A DNA stretch of 64,000 bases from Raillietiella orientalis (taxonomy: Eukaryota), in NCBI GenBank assembly GCA_036172245.1, contig JAYWIR010000004.1, forward strand, positions 5,394,001-5,458,000, in the 5' to 3' direction. Below the pieces are notes generated by a model. The model saw only the letters and a program-made list of their open reading frames with translations, had not been told where the DNA came from and made no database searches. The position numbers and the translations under genes are program-made. Positions 1-13,799 of this stretch are shown in pieces (position 1 is the stretch's first letter; each line of letters opens with the position of its first letter).

Positions 1-3000
1 CACGCCTGCTCCTCTGGCCAGGGGTGTCGACTGTGTTCACTCCTCGGTCAGAATGTCTGCAGCCCTCAGCGCTCTTCCGCCTTTCGCTCCTCGAGATCCT
101 TTCACCGAGCCACCTTGAGCAGCTCCGGGAGAAACCCCGGGAGCAGAGCTGAAGCGTGGAGACCGCGGTACCGTAGGTAGGGTTGCCACTCCTCCCTCTC
201 AGCGAATTCCCAGGATCGGCGGGGAAAACCCAAGGGACGGCACCAAACGACCCGCCGGCAGGCTGCTCGTCTGCAGAAGCGGAGATCCAGGAAGGGCACA
301 GAGAGGCGAGGGAGGCGGTTCGCAGGAGAGGAGTCGCGGCGTTCCTTGGGGCCCTGGGAGATTGGGCAGAAGCTAACCCCCGGCGAAGAGGTCCGCTTTC
401 GCCCTCATTCCGGGGAGGCGCTTCCCCAGCGCCAACCCGGAGCGCGTTCGACGCGAGCATCTGCGGGGAGGGCGGCCTTGCGTGCCATCGCCGGGGTGCC
501 GATCCTCCGGCTGCAGCCAGCACGGGGTCGGCGGCTGTTGCCAGGATTCCTCCCCTGTAAATTTTTCCCACCTCCGCGAAAAGCGGGGAGAATACAGGAG
601 TGAGGCAGCATCAAAGGTGCTCTCTTGGATCCGGTTCAAGCCGGTTGCGCTCCTGGACTGCTAACGACGTCATCCTTCATCTTCTGCCGGGGGAGGAGGA
701 AAGCCCACACAGATGGAGAGGCAAAGTGAAATGAAATGGGGGAATCTGGGCGGAGGGGGAGGAGGAGGGGGGGGGGGAAAGAAGCAGTCCTTCCATTCGT
801 CCCGTTTTACCCATTCTCGCCTTTGGCGTGCACGCGTGCGAGCGCTTTCCTTTCCTGGTTCGCTTGGCTGGTCGTCGTCGGCTCCGAGGAGCGGCAGCTC
901 TCCCGGTTTTCACCGGCTGGGCTCGGCGGCTGCGGCTGTCGGGAATCGCCATCCCGGGAGGATGTTGAACCCGTGGTTATTTTTACGGAACTCTTGATCC
1001 ACCCCGTTTGGTCCCGTCCGCGATGTGTTCCGACCCGGCGGAGAGGCTCGGGGTGGTGCGTTCTTTTCGCTTTCTCCGCGTGTCCCTTGGCAACCTGCCG
1101 CAACAATCGCGCGAAGGAGCGCGGCGGCGCGCCGCGCCGCTCGCAGAGAAGTTCCCGCAGAGACTTTCCCTTTCTGTTCCCGATCTTCCCTGATTTCGGC
1201 GGGAAGCAATCGGCGATGTCCCCTTTGGCCGGTGATCGATCCTTCTGCAGGTTTTCCCCCCGCCCCATCTTCAGTGTGCCCCGGCTACCACTGCTCGAAG
1301 AGTAGGGGCCGCGGGACCGCATCCCGAGAGCCGTTGGGGGGAAGAGGATGGAGAGGGGCACTCTTCCCGGATGGTCGGTCGCCCCTGACTCCGTCTTTTC
1401 GCTGCTCCCCGATGCACAAGCCGCCTCTTGGCTGCGCCTCCGGGAAGCTCGGCCTCCCCTCTCAGCACCCTCCTCAGTGCCCGGGGCAGAGGAAGGCTGG
1501 CACTTAAGAACAGGTCACGGAGACCAGCAAGGAGTCTGCGCCGCATCTCGCCGAGTATGGGCTCGGAGACAAAGCCGTCCTTCTTCTGGAAGGGCAGGGA
1601 CAGTGGCCAGCCGAAAGGGAGGGTGCTGACCTCTGGAACGGGAAAACTCCCTTGGGGGTTGGTCGCGGCGTGCTTCAGCTTGTTGACGCAGTGACCTCGA
1701 ACACCCAGTCCAGAGGCTCTACTCCGCTGGAAGGATCCGCCTGAAGTTCCCCGAGGAGAGAAGGGGAGGCTGCGTCTTCCCAGCGCGTCTCCCGCAGCCT
1801 TCCGCACGCGGAAGAGGCGCTTCTTCTCCTCCCCGCTTGTCGCAGTGGGTGAGGACGGTGCCTTCTGGCCAGAGTCCTGCCGCCGCGGAGGATGCGGAGC
1901 CATGGCCCTCCCGACCCTGCGGGGTTGCGATCCGCGCTTGAAAGCAGCGCCGCAGCCGTCGCCTCGGAACACCCCCAGTCCCACAGCGAACTGCGGCTTC
2001 CGTAGGGCATTCCCACGCATTTCGAGGAGCTCTACGGTCCAGAGGGAGGGCGCATCTGCTTCCCCGCACTTGGACGCTCTGTCCGGGGTGACGCTCGTCC
2101 GGCGATGCCGGATCCTGTTGCGCGGGCAATCTCATCGGCGAAGCGAAGAGCAAAACCGTCTGCCAGACCTACTTGGAAGGAGGGCCACGGAACCGACCTC
2201 ACGAGAGGAGGGGGGGGGCACTAGATGCGGGAGATCGGTGCAGAGGCTCAGTTCTCCTGTGCGGGGCACTCGGAGATGACGTCCACCCCTCCTTCGCTGA
2301 GCCCTCCTTGACCTCTCCATCCGGTGCTGGAGGTGACGACAAACGAAAGTCCCCAGCATCACGAGTGCCGGCATTCCTAGAGGGACAATAGGAAGGGGTC
2401 AGAACCAGGGCAAGAGCAACTGCGCCCTCCTGAGGTACCCTTCACCTCCTGGATTTCACCCTCGAAGCTCTCCGGCGTCCCGTGCAGGCTTGGCGAGCTG
2501 CCTTTCGGGGCACGCGGCCCACCTCGCCGGCTGGCAGCTGTCATTCCCGCCCCGACTAGAGAACTCGGTACCTCTAGCATTTCTTCAGACCCGAAGTTTC
2601 TTTCTCCTTCTTTCCCTTCCTCCCTCGCTCCCTTTTCTTCATTGTTCCATCGTTTTTCCCACTCGCCACAGCTCTCCCAACACACAGCCGGGAACTTTTC
2701 ATTGGCGGATTCGGGTTCCAAGGGGAAAAGGGCCGGAAGAGGAGAGGGCGAGTAGCCCGGAAAGCACTCTCCTCTGCACTCCGCACTCACTGCCCTGAGC
2801 ATTCGCTGGTTGGAAGGCTGGTGGATCCTGGACGCAGTGGTGGACGAACTTAACCGGCAGGTGGAGCGCCTCCACACCAGGAGCAAAGTTTCAGGGAGAT
2901 GGATTGGATTCCCCGCCGGCTTCCCCCCTCTTCTCCACCAAAGGGATCAAGAGCAGTTTCTTCAGGTAGGGTCCCGTTTTTCACGACCAGGTGCCTCGAC

Positions 3001-4038
3001 GGCCCGTCTTTCCACTCAGGCTGCCGCCCTCTAGCGATAAAGGGGACGCAAAAGGAAGCGCGGCGAACGTGCAGCCGCGCATCCATCGCATCCACGAGTC
3101 TCCTTAGAGAAGTCCACGTGCTGCCTTGGTGCACCTCCTCGTATCGCTCGCACCGGGTGCTAACCGAAGGGAGGAGAGGACGGGATGCTCAGCCCGTGGG
3201 AGTGGGGCGTCGGGGAAGGATCGCTTCTAGCGGGAGGGAACTTGCAGCACTCCGACCGGGAGCCACTCCGAGGTGCCAGTCTTTTTCGTCGAGTCCGCGC
3301 GGGCAGATGCAGAGAGCAGCATCGCTGGGAGACGCACGGAGGGGAAGATGCTGCCTACCAGATCGGGGTCTGCGCGGACGCCGGGAAGGACGTTCCGTTG
3401 CCGCAGGCGCAGACAGTTCTCCGGGAACGTAGGAAGCGGAGGCTGCGGACGCCGCTTGCTCCTTCAGTAGCCTCCTCTCCGAAAGTCTTCTCCGAGCCGG
3501 CGGAGTCCTTCCCGGATTTGGATAGAGTGGACCACCTTGCCTGGGGCTCGCTCTTCGCCCTCGAAGTTTCTCGAGACCTCCCCTGAGCCCGAGGCGCTCC
3601 GGGAGCCACTCTCGCCCGCGCCGCCATCTCTCGCAGCCCCGTCGCTTCATTCCGGAAGTGCGGGGGAGGGGGAGGAGGGATCATTAAGTCTCGAAAGAAC
3701 ACGTTACTTCTGACCCGGGGAACCCGGAAGGCCTTGAAGGGCGAGAGGCTCCAGGTTTTTGCCGCCGTCCGCTGCCTCCCTGCGCACAGGGAGAGTGCCT
3801 TCGGGAGAGCGCTTCCGCGGTACCTTCACCCCTTCCCGTTGGCTCCGACCGGAGGTGTGGGACATCCGACTGTGGTCCCTCCAGAAACATTTTCACAGGA
3901 GCTTTGCCTCCGAGCTGCTCCATCATCTTGCATGAGCGCGTACGAGGAGGAGGGGTGCGGAGGACGAGGGAGGATGAAAAGAACCCTGACGGCAGCCGTT
4001 CTCTGTCCCTCCTCCCCCCACCCCCCGAAAGAGTAGAG

Positions 4039-4737
4039 GTTGAGGAGGCCAACTGAGGCTCTTCAGTGGCGCCTCTCCATAGGGGTCACGCTGACCATCG
4101 GCAGACGAGACCGCCCGAGGCGATTCCTGCGCGTGTGTCCCTGTCCCCCGTCCGGCGCGTCCAGTCCCGAAGGACCGGAGTTTCCTCGAGTCGGGCCGAG
4201 GAGCAGCACCGCCGTCCCCTTCTCCTCCTTTCCCTTCCCTTTAGAAGGGTGGACTGCCTCCTTTCGCTCACTCCGGAGGCGGAAGCGCCAACAAGCGCCA
4301 GGGTCAGATCCCAGCTCCGTCCCCGGACAGCACGCACGCAGGCGGATGGCGATGACCTGCGGGGTGGAGGGCTGCCTTGACCTGGACGTTCTCCCTGACC
4401 TCGCGCGCCCGTCCCTAGGACTGCCAATCTGTGCAGCGGGTCACGGAGGCTAAGGCAGGACCAATGTGCCCGGAGGGAACGAGGGAGGGGCGGCTGCCGC
4501 CCTGGAGCACCGGAAGAAGAGATCTCTCCTCCGTCGCCAAGGCGAGAGATCGGCTTTCCTCCCCCCCTTCCTTCCCCTTGCTCCGAAAGGGGGCGTGGCG
4601 TGGCGAGACCAGAGGGGAGGGAGAAGAGGAGGTCGAGAGAGGGGTGGTCCTCCCACCGGTTTGGACCTCGAGCAGGCGGTCGCGACCCTCCACCTCCGGG
4701 GTCCGGTCCGGATACGGAGGCGTGGCTGCATCGGACG
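4039..4737 (+). repeat. Inverted repeat arm 1 (699 bp)
   Basis: Reverse complement of 6720-7418. The ORF track shows identical peptides on opposite strands (4066..4380+ and 7077..7391-). One mismatch seen (4728/6729). Confidence 0.95.
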
Positions 4738-6719
4738 GTCCCTCTTGCTCGAGAGTCCGCCCCCGTGCCTCACTGAAGGAGCAGTCCCGAAAGAGAAGGT
4801 ACTGAAAGTGGTTGAGGACAAGGGGACGAAGATGGTGGTGGTGTTGGTGAGAAGAAAGAGGAGGAAATGGAGGATGAACGGCGGGAAGACAGCATCCCAG
4901 ACTCGAGAGGGAGGTTTCCGTGTTCCCCTTCCCCTCCCTTCAGGGAAGGAGCCGACGGCATCCCTCAGGGCAAACCTGCAGCAAGAACGGCAGCAAAAGA
5001 AACCAGCAGCAGCAGCCCTGGTTTCTTCCGGCAGCAGCGGGGTTGTCAGCACTCCCCACCACTGGAACCTCGGCCTTAGCGCATTCTATTGATGCGGCTT
5101 CCCAATGCCGCGCGCTCCAGGATTGCCAGCACTGATGCCATCAGCGCTATTATTAGAACGGCCGGTAATGACGGAAGACTTATTCGTCATCACCACCTAC
5201 ATCATCATTCTTATTGCCCCCACAATCACCATCAACTGTGTCGTCGTCATCCTCGTTGCCGTCAGCAGTCCCACTACCGGTAACGATCACCATCGCCATC
5301 ACCATCGCGACGGCATCGCTTTCGGAAGGAGAGAATTCCGGAAGCTGCTCTCATCCCCATCCTGGCGCCGCTCTTTTGCTTGAGTCTCCTTCGCTGATCG
5401 CCAGCGGCTCCCGCTGAGTGCGGCCGCCGCAAGGCGACGTTCCGGGACCGCAGCAAGTGGCGTGCGTAACAGGGAGAGCCGGGAGCGAACGGACCGCAGC
5501 AGGTGGCTGGGCAGGAAAGCCTCCGTGCCGCGGAACAGACCTTGGGCTCTGCTCTGCTGGACGGTCGTCCACGGTTGCGCCTTCACCCCTTCCCGCCGAG
5601 TCTTTGCGCGGGGGTAGCCCATCTTGGATTCGAAGGTGCCCCTCTGCGCGCGCGCGCGGACAACAATGAGGATCGCGGACTCCTGACGGGATCGCGCCAC
5701 GAGCAAGAACGCCCCGCCTCGGAGACGTCTTCCCCGCTCCGCGGGAGTCCGGGAGCAAACCTGGGAGGAACCCGAACATACCGGCAGGGCGCGCAGCGCC
5801 CGAGCGAAAGGGAGGAACACTCTGGCCAAAGGAGAAGGCAGGCTGGGAAGTCGCAGTACCCGTCCGTGACCCCAGGTTCGGCGACAGATCCGCTGCCTCA
5901 TTGGATTCTCCCCTCCGCTGCCGAGTCGGATGGATCTGACAGGCAGTGGTTCTCCTGAACCACCGCTTCGGAACCGCTGCTAACCACCATCCCGTAAGAA
6001 GTGAATCCTCTGAGAGCTCGAGGGCATCGCATTATCTAGGAGGAACAAAATGCCGATGACAGTCTTCCATTTGGTTTAGCATTCCCCTTGACAACCATCC
6101 CCTTCTCAGTTCGCCAACGAGAAGCCACGCCCACATTCGGCCGGTTCTGCCTGGCACGTGCCACTCCGTGACCCCTAGGCCACACGTCCCACACGTTCAG
6201 CTGCATCTGCTGACCCACAACGGTTGAGAATGCGCACTCCGAATTACCTGACGCGTCCACGGGTCCTCCAGAGGAGGGGTGGACGCGATGCGCGTCTCCA
6301 GGAGAGTGACCCTTTTGTCGAAGACACCCGACGGCGACCGCGAGCGGGTTGTCGCCCGCGGCGCGGTGCCCGGATCCACATCCAAGAGGAGCCATCCGAG
6401 TCCTCTCCCCTCCTCCCCCCCCCACGAGCTGCCTTCCCCTTTCTTCCAGGAATGAGGGAAACGCAACGGTTGATGGCATCCCCACCGCGAAGGGAGGAGC
6501 GGCTTTCAATCCCCGTTCGAATCCTTCCCTAGAATGACCCCACCCCGCGGCTCGCAGCAGCCCTAAAGCTGCTGTGTGGGAAGGTCATAACCTCGAGAAG
6601 AGAACCTTCAGGAGGAAGACCGCCTCAGGAGAGCTTTTAATAAACACATTCTCCCGATCTCTTTGTCCTCCTTTCTTCCTCCTCCTCCATTCCTTCTTCC
6701 TCCTCCTTCTCATCACCAT

Positions 6720-7418
6720 CGTCCGATGTAGCCACGCCTCCGTATCCGGACCGGACCCCGGAGGTGGAGGGTCGCGACCGCCTGCTCGAGGTCCAAACCG
6801 GTGGGAGGACCACCCCTCTCTCGACCTCCTCTTCTCCCTCCCCTCTGGTCTCGCCACGCCACGCCCCCTTTCGGAGCAAGGGGAAGGAAGGGGGGGAGGA
6901 AAGCCGATCTCTCGCCTTGGCGACGGAGGAGAGATCTCTTCTTCCGGTGCTCCAGGGCGGCAGCCGCCCCTCCCTCGTTCCCTCCGGGCACATTGGTCCT
7001 GCCTTAGCCTCCGTGACCCGCTGCACAGATTGGCAGTCCTAGGGACGGGCGCGCGAGGTCAGGGAGAACGTCCAGGTCAAGGCAGCCCTCCACCCCGCAG
7101 GTCATCGCCATCCGCCTGCGTGCGTGCTGTCCGGGGACGGAGCTGGGATCTGACCCTGGCGCTTGTTGGCGCTTCCGCCTCCGGAGTGAGCGAAAGGAGG
7201 CAGTCCACCCTTCTAAAGGGAAGGGAAAGGAGGAGAAGGGGACGGCGGTGCTGCTCCTCGGCCCGACTCGAGGAAACTCCGGTCCTTCGGGACTGGACGC
7301 GCCGGACGGGGGACAGGGACACACGCGCAGGAATCGCCTCGGGCGGTCTCGTCTGCCGATGGTCAGCGTGACCCCTATGGAGAGGCGCCACTGAAGAGCC
7401 TCAGTTGGCCTCCTCAAC
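6720..7418 (-). repeat. Inverted repeat arm 2 (699 bp)
   Basis: Reverse complement of 4039-4737. Confidence 0.95.
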
Positions 7419-10400
7419 TTTCGAGTGGCCGGAAGGACCCGGGTTCTCGTCCACGATGCTTCCCGGCTCGCTGCCGTGAAAGCAGAGCGGAGGAGGAAGA
7501 GGAAGCAGGATGGACAGGCGCTCCGCTGACCCGTGCCTCGGGAGACTGTCCCTCCAGGCAGGCAAGAGGACGGTGCATCTCCTTCTTCCTCCTCTCTGAA
7601 GAGGATTCGTCCCCTAGAAACCCCTCCTTTTCGCCTCACCGTCGCCGTCGTCCCACGCGGCCTTTTTTCCCGCCCCTCCCCCACCGTGCCCCCTCGGGGA
7701 TCGTCTGTGGACCAGAGGTGGAGGAGGGAAGGGTTCGGGGGACGAGAGCAGGCGAGTGAGGGGAGGGGGAGGGGAGACTGTCCGGCGCGCTGCCCTCGCG
7801 ACCGTTGCACTCGACCTCCGCGTACCGGCAAAAACGCGACGGGAGGCGCGAAGAGCCGTCCTTGGACGCGCCGGTGGCGGCTGCGGCGGAGCCGCCGGGG
7901 CTCGGAGCGCGGCGGCCCGCTCCTCCGGCGGTCTCGAGCCACGGGCGGAAGGCCTTGCGAGGAGCGGCTCCTTCGGCGGCGGCGGCGGCTTCCTCTCTGC
8001 TCCGTGACCGACATTGCGCGCATTCAGGCGGCGGGACCGGGAACCAGTCCCCTCTTTCCTCACCTTCCCGGTTCCCTTTCCACTCCCACCAATGTCTCCA
8101 CTTACCCCCCCTCTCCCCAAATTCTTCCGATTCTCTCTCGTCATCATCTGCGGGAAGCAGGAGGCACTTGAACCACTCCTACCCCCTTGCCCTCCTCTCT
8201 CCCCATAGTAATTTGACGAAACTTCGCTCTATTCCGCTAGCGCCGCTCGAGACGCGAATCCTGCAGCTTTTGCTTTTTTTCCTCTTTTCGGAAACGGGAA
8301 TAAGGAAGGGGGAAATCCGCGTTCCCCATAGCAACTCTCGTGTGCTCTCCCCCTTCCTCCCCTGACCGCCGCGCTCTGGCCCACGCGCGGCGGCGGCTCG
8401 CTCTACATCCGGGACGCTCAGTGCGGAGTCTCCCGGTCTTTTCGAGAAGGCGAGGGAGAGGGTGTGGGACGGAACCTCTGAGAGGCTTCTTCCTCTCCGG
8501 GGGAGAGACAAAGAATCCGAAATGAGGTGCGCCGGGCACATTGCGGAAGGATAAGGACCAAGGGTGTCCAAGGGTGGTCACTACGCTCTCGCACGCGGGG
8601 GATGGAGGTGGGGGACGACGACCAGATGCTCCAGAGGGTTCCCTCAGCAACCGCCTCCTCTTCGGGAGCTCTTCGAAAGAGAGGCGGCGAACCTGGTGAT
8701 CACCCAACCTGACATGACTACACCCCCGACCCTTCCAGGAAGCGCGCCGAGGGCGCAGTGGCCCTCCCTCCTCCTCCTCCTCCTCCTCTCCCCTTCCCTG
8801 CGACGGTTTTCCGTGGGTCGGAGGTGCTGCAGAGGTATCGGTCGGCTCCTTCCTTCTCCGTCGTTGCTCCCCTTGAAGGAAGAAAGCGGAGGAGGAGGAT
8901 CTCTGATTCGCTCCCGCCGACCTGCTCACTCCTCGAAGACCGGAGAGTGAGATGGTGACTCTCGACCTCCGAATCCTGCGTCCACCCCCTCTGCCCCCTT
9001 CGGGATTCAGTAAGCCTCTCTTAGCCCCGACCCCCTGTCTTCCCCTTCAAAGCACGGGACTCGTCGCCGCTCTTTGCTCCGGGGCCGAGAGCACAGGCGA
9101 CCGGAGGGGGGAGCGACCGGAGACTAGTGCGCGTTTCCAAAGGAACACTCGAAACGCCACCTCGTGACCGTAAAGAGCGCCTCATGCTCCTGCCTCTCCC
9201 TCCCATTTCTCAGACACCCCTTCGTGCAGGGGCGAATGGTTCGGCCGCTGGTCGGCAGCATCCGAAGGTAACGCCAGCTCCGTCGTCTCCGACGTCTCCT
9301 CGCGTCGAACCGCTCTGGGTCGCGTGCTGGGTAGGAGCAGGAGGGCATCCCGGATCCGATGGCGGAAAGGAGGAATAAAGGAACGCCCTCGTGATCCACC
9401 CGTAGCGAGGGGGTAACGGCTAGGAACACTGGTGGAAGCCGCTACAGGGAGTGGTCGTCCTTAGAGGCGTAGTTCACGGGCAAGAAGGCCCGCGTCCTGC
9501 CTCGTGTCCCGGAGAGCTCGCTGCAGCCAATCGCATGCCACTGCGCCAAATCTCCCCTGCCCCTTCCGTTCCACCTCCTAGTCCTTTTCCTCCTCCACCC
9601 ATTGGCAGCAGGAGACGGTCCTACATTCCGAGGCGAAGAGTTCGCCCCGGGAGCGAGGAGGACCCTGCCTCGTAGGCACTTCCAGCGGGAGGTAGGGCAG
9701 CTTCCCCCCCCCCCCCTTCCCATTCTGTAGCTGCTGTGCTCGAAAAGGGGTTCCGAGGGCCTCCCATCAATCTTCCCTCTTCTTCGCCAGGAATCCGGGC
9801 AGCCGAGTAGAGAGAGGTTGAGAGTGTTCGCCCCTACTGGGGGGATGAACAGGAAGGAAAATCTTTCTTTCCACCAGAAGCCAGCTCCTTCTGACCTCTC
9901 ATGAAGGAAGGGGAGGGGGAACCGAGATGTCAGTCGCTTCCTATCCCGGAAGGACCGGGATGAAAAGGAAGGGGAGGGTGGAGAAAACACAGTAGCTGCC
10001 TCCCCCTTCTTCTCCTCGTCTGTCTGATGCTGGGGGGCGAGAAGAGGGCGAAGAGACGAAGGAACCTTCGGGAGTAGCGGCGACCGATAAGCGGGTCTCT
10101 GGGAAGGGGGTCATACAGAAAACTTCCTCCCTTCCTTCCGCGGGGCGATCTACAGGGAACTCGGTGGGTGGACGAGAAGGAGGGATGGAATAGGGCGATT
10201 TTCCCAGAATGCGTCGAGATGGAGAAGAGCCGCACCCTCGGGAGACCGGTGGAGCAGCAGAGGTGGAGGTTCTGGAAGTCCGGGTGGTCTGCCCTTCAGC
10301 GCGGAAGGACGGGGTGAAGGGGGCGTTACCGACGCAACCAGCCGCTGTCTTCTCTGCTTCGTCTCGCTCCCAGGACCTTAGGACCACCTCCCTACCGAGG

Positions 10401-13400
10401 CTCTTCCTACACAGTTTCCGTCCCGTTCCTGCGGGATAGTCCTCTAGGTCTCGGGTCTCCAGTCCTCTCCTGGGATAGTGCAGGACGGATAGCTCCTCGG
10501 ACGGGACTCGCTCGCAACCCTTCCGCGTCCGACGCTCCGCAGCGCGGGCATGAGAAACTCCCAGCAACCTCATGGGCTTCCAGTCCGTCGCCATCTAGGT
10601 GCGGCTCCTTCTCGAGCAGATCCGTCCCGGATGAGCCCTGGTCCTTCCGCTCACCAGCGGGCGGAGCCAGCAGAGGCCTGACCGCTGGTAAAGCCCCAGA
10701 GTGCAAGAAGAGCTGACCGGACTTCCCGGACGTTCAGTGGCCCACTCCGGCCCCTTCCCGAGCCCGTTTGGTGTGTGCCCATAGGGCGTGGCGCCCTGCC
10801 TCCGCTCGGCCGGGTGCGAAACTCTGCAACTCTGTCTCAGCACTCCAGCTTCTTTGCGCCCAGCGCTCCCCTGGCGTTCCCAGATTTATGATGCGCCGCC
10901 GATGACTCGCGCCACGCCCTGCGGGAGCGTCCAAGGAGTCCGACTGCTATGGGGCAGCTGTGGGGGAAAGGAGGGCGAGCGGGCGACCACTCTGCCATTC
11001 CCACGTTCGCCACGCCGCCCTGCTTATCCCGCTGGACCCGCTCTCTCGCCTGCGCTTCGCTCGCCCGATGCGTCGCCCATCTGGCAGCCAGCTCGATAAG
11101 CTGCCTTGCTGCTGTAGCTCTGTCCCCTCTCCGGGATCGGCCAGCACCTTCTCCCCTCCTCTTCCGCACACTTCGCTTCCGATCCCCTGCTGCTGCTCAC
11201 AGGTTGCACGCACCCGGAGCCGTTGAGGCGAGGGCGACCTCACCTTCCCTCCTCGGTGCAGGGCCACCGCCCGGGGATGCGTCCTCCTCTCAGCGAAGCG
11301 CCGAAAGAGCGACCCTGACTCCCTTCCTCCTGCATGAGTGGGAGGTGGGAGCGGCCCGATCTCGCTGGCCTCCTGCCGCGTGGTGTGCGCATTGCTGCTG
11401 CTGTTGTCACCTCTGCTGCCGCCGAAGCGACCACCGCGCCAGTCCGCGAGGGTGACCAGCGCCCGCAGGCTGTTTCGTGCGTCGGCTCGGAGCGAAGGGC
11501 AGAGGAGGAGTGGGCGGGGGGCAGTTACCGTGGGGCAAGCCGAGAGGAGGTGCAGGGGGAAGAGGAAATGAAGGGCTCTCCTCCTCCTCCTTATCCTCCC
11601 CCTCCCCGCGTCCCATCCAACGTGTCCCATGATACCGGCCGAACGCAAGGTCGACCGGCAGCCACGTTTCGCGGCTCCGTTGCGTCTTCCGGGTGACCTC
11701 TAGCGCGCGCGCGTCGCCCCAGTAGGAAGGGGGGAAAGAAGAAAAAAGGCACCGTAAATCCGGTGGGGGGTACTTCTCGGTTTTATCTTCTGTGGTAAAA
11801 AAAAAAAAAAAGGGCAGGAAAAGAAAAGAAAAGAAGGCAAGGGGAGACAAAACGAACGAAGGATACCCTCTGGCTCTCGAGCTCCGAGATTCGCCCTGGT
11901 CCGGAATACGCCGCGCGAGCGCCCTCAGCGGTTTCCATGGCAGCTGAGAGCCTTCGTGGCAGCGTCGCTGCTGCTCGGGGGGAGCATCCAGACGCAAGAC
12001 TTCGGCTTTCTCAAGTCGAGATGGCGGCCGGCCCGGTAGCATCCGGACGCTTCACCCCGCCGCGGCCGCGGGGCATCCTCCGGAGCGCCTCACCCCTCGA
12101 GGGGAAGCCGCGGGAAGCCCTTCGTGACCCCCTCTCCTCTTCCGTCTCCATGACGGTCGCTCTATCCCGGCTTTACGGTCGACCCCTGCTCTCTGGCCCC
12201 TGAGTCCTCCTTCAGGGGAGAGGCAGGTCGAGAGGGAGGGGGGACAATCCCCTAGGGCCACCGAGAGGGGCACGTGAATCTCTGGGCTTCTTCGCAGAGG
12301 GCGTTCCCGAACGCGACGCTGGCTGGGGTGGCGGATGGCCTCTCCTCCTCCTTCCCTCTTGATGGGATGCCTTTGTTTTCGGGAGGCTCCTTCAGATGAT
12401 TCGGATCCCCAAGACCTTCGTCCGGGATGCCTTCGAGATGAGGGGCAGATGAGGGGAAGAGGTTTGGGGGTAGGGAGGGCGCTCGATCGCGAACTCTCAG
12501 AGAGGCTCCCGGTAGGGTGTGGAAGGAACAGCGCATAACGGGATCCCGCCGCCTTCCTCCCGTGTCCGGCACGGGAGTGGGGGACGATCCACTGGAGACA
12601 CCGGCGAGACCAAGCAATGGGGGAGGGAGGGTAGCGAAATCGAAGAACAGCTCTTCAGGCTCGGGAATGGCAGGGCGGTTCCTCTTCCCTACTCCCTTCC
12701 GCCAAGAGTCGAGGGAAAAAATGCAACAGCTTGCCTAGGAAGCGCTGCCGAAGGCCACGAGCGTTCCCGAGTGCCTTTCGAACGAGGAAGGAATGGGGGG
12801 GGGGGAGAATAGTCGCGTATGGGCGGAGTTTCACAGCGAGCTGTTTGCCTCCCCGTCCCCGAGACGCTTTCCTGCCCTGTGGGGGCTGCAGCCTGTCTCC
12901 CAGTCCGGCTGAGAGGATGCTGGGACCGGAGGATTCCTGTTGAGGATGCTCATGAAGAGTACCTCTGATGCTGCTGATGCTGGCGAAGCGCCCGCTTTCG
13001 AAGAAGGGGAAGGGAGCGGGAGGAGATGGAGGGGAGGGGGCGTTGCAGGAAGGAGCCGAAGATGCGCAAGGGGAGGAGGAGGAAGACGAAATGAAGCTTC
13101 TTCCTTCCACGGAGGGACTCCTCGGGAGATCCCCTCCCTCCGGGACGTCCTCCAGGAGGGGCGAGCGAAGCTGGGTCCTGGAAGGCACTCCAACCAGCTG
13201 TGGACGGCCGCCGTCCTCCTACGCGTGGCGCGCGAGGGGCACGCCGTCCCTCGTTCCCTGTTGCCGTTGGTGTGGGTGGTTAGGTGAGTGGGGTCGCTGT
13301 TCCTGCGACCTCCTGTCCGATGAAGCTGCGTTTTCGGGAAGAAAAGCGGTGCGGATGAGGAGGAGGAAGAAGAGAAGAGGAAGGGGAGGAAGGGAGGAGG

Positions 13401-13726
13401 GGAAGGAGGAGGAATGCAGCAGGCTCGGAATTTCTAGCAGACGAACTCGCGCAACTCACGCTGAGCGCATCGACACTTCCGGGAGGGAAATCCTGCGGAT
13501 CTCGTCCCAAGCGAAGCCCGTGCTCCCTTCCCGATCTTTCCCTCCTGCTCCCTCGGTTTTTTGTGTTTTTTTATTCTCTCTCTTTTTTTTTTTTCGCTTT
13601 CCGTGCGGAGTGAACCGAAAACGTTCGAGCGAACGCGTGTACACACGCTCGTGTACACGAGTACACGCACAACACAGGGGGGGAGGGGGGAGGGGAAATA
13701 AAAATAAGAATAAGCACGGCAGTGCC

Positions 13727-13729
<3 letters not shown>

Positions 13730-13768
<39 letters not shown>
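13730..13768. repeat. (CAG)13 microsatellite
   Basis: Read directly. Confidence 0.95.
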
Positions 13769-13771
<3 letters not shown>

Positions 13772-13799
13772 CCCCCGTCCGTGAGATCGAAGCGCTGAA

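Noticed and set aside
5100..5320. His-rich / hydrophobic short ORFs in the inverted-repeat spacer
   Set aside because: Decayed (CAT/CAC)n trinucleotide repeat, not a gene.
12968..13283. ORF ending at a phase-1 G|GTGAGT donor as another HR3 first exon
   Set aside because: Lies upstream of the promoter-like block, the peptide is low complexity, and phase match alone is weak evidence.
13730..13768. PolyQ-coding exon
   Set aside because: No splice sites or coding context; it sits in the putative promoter region.
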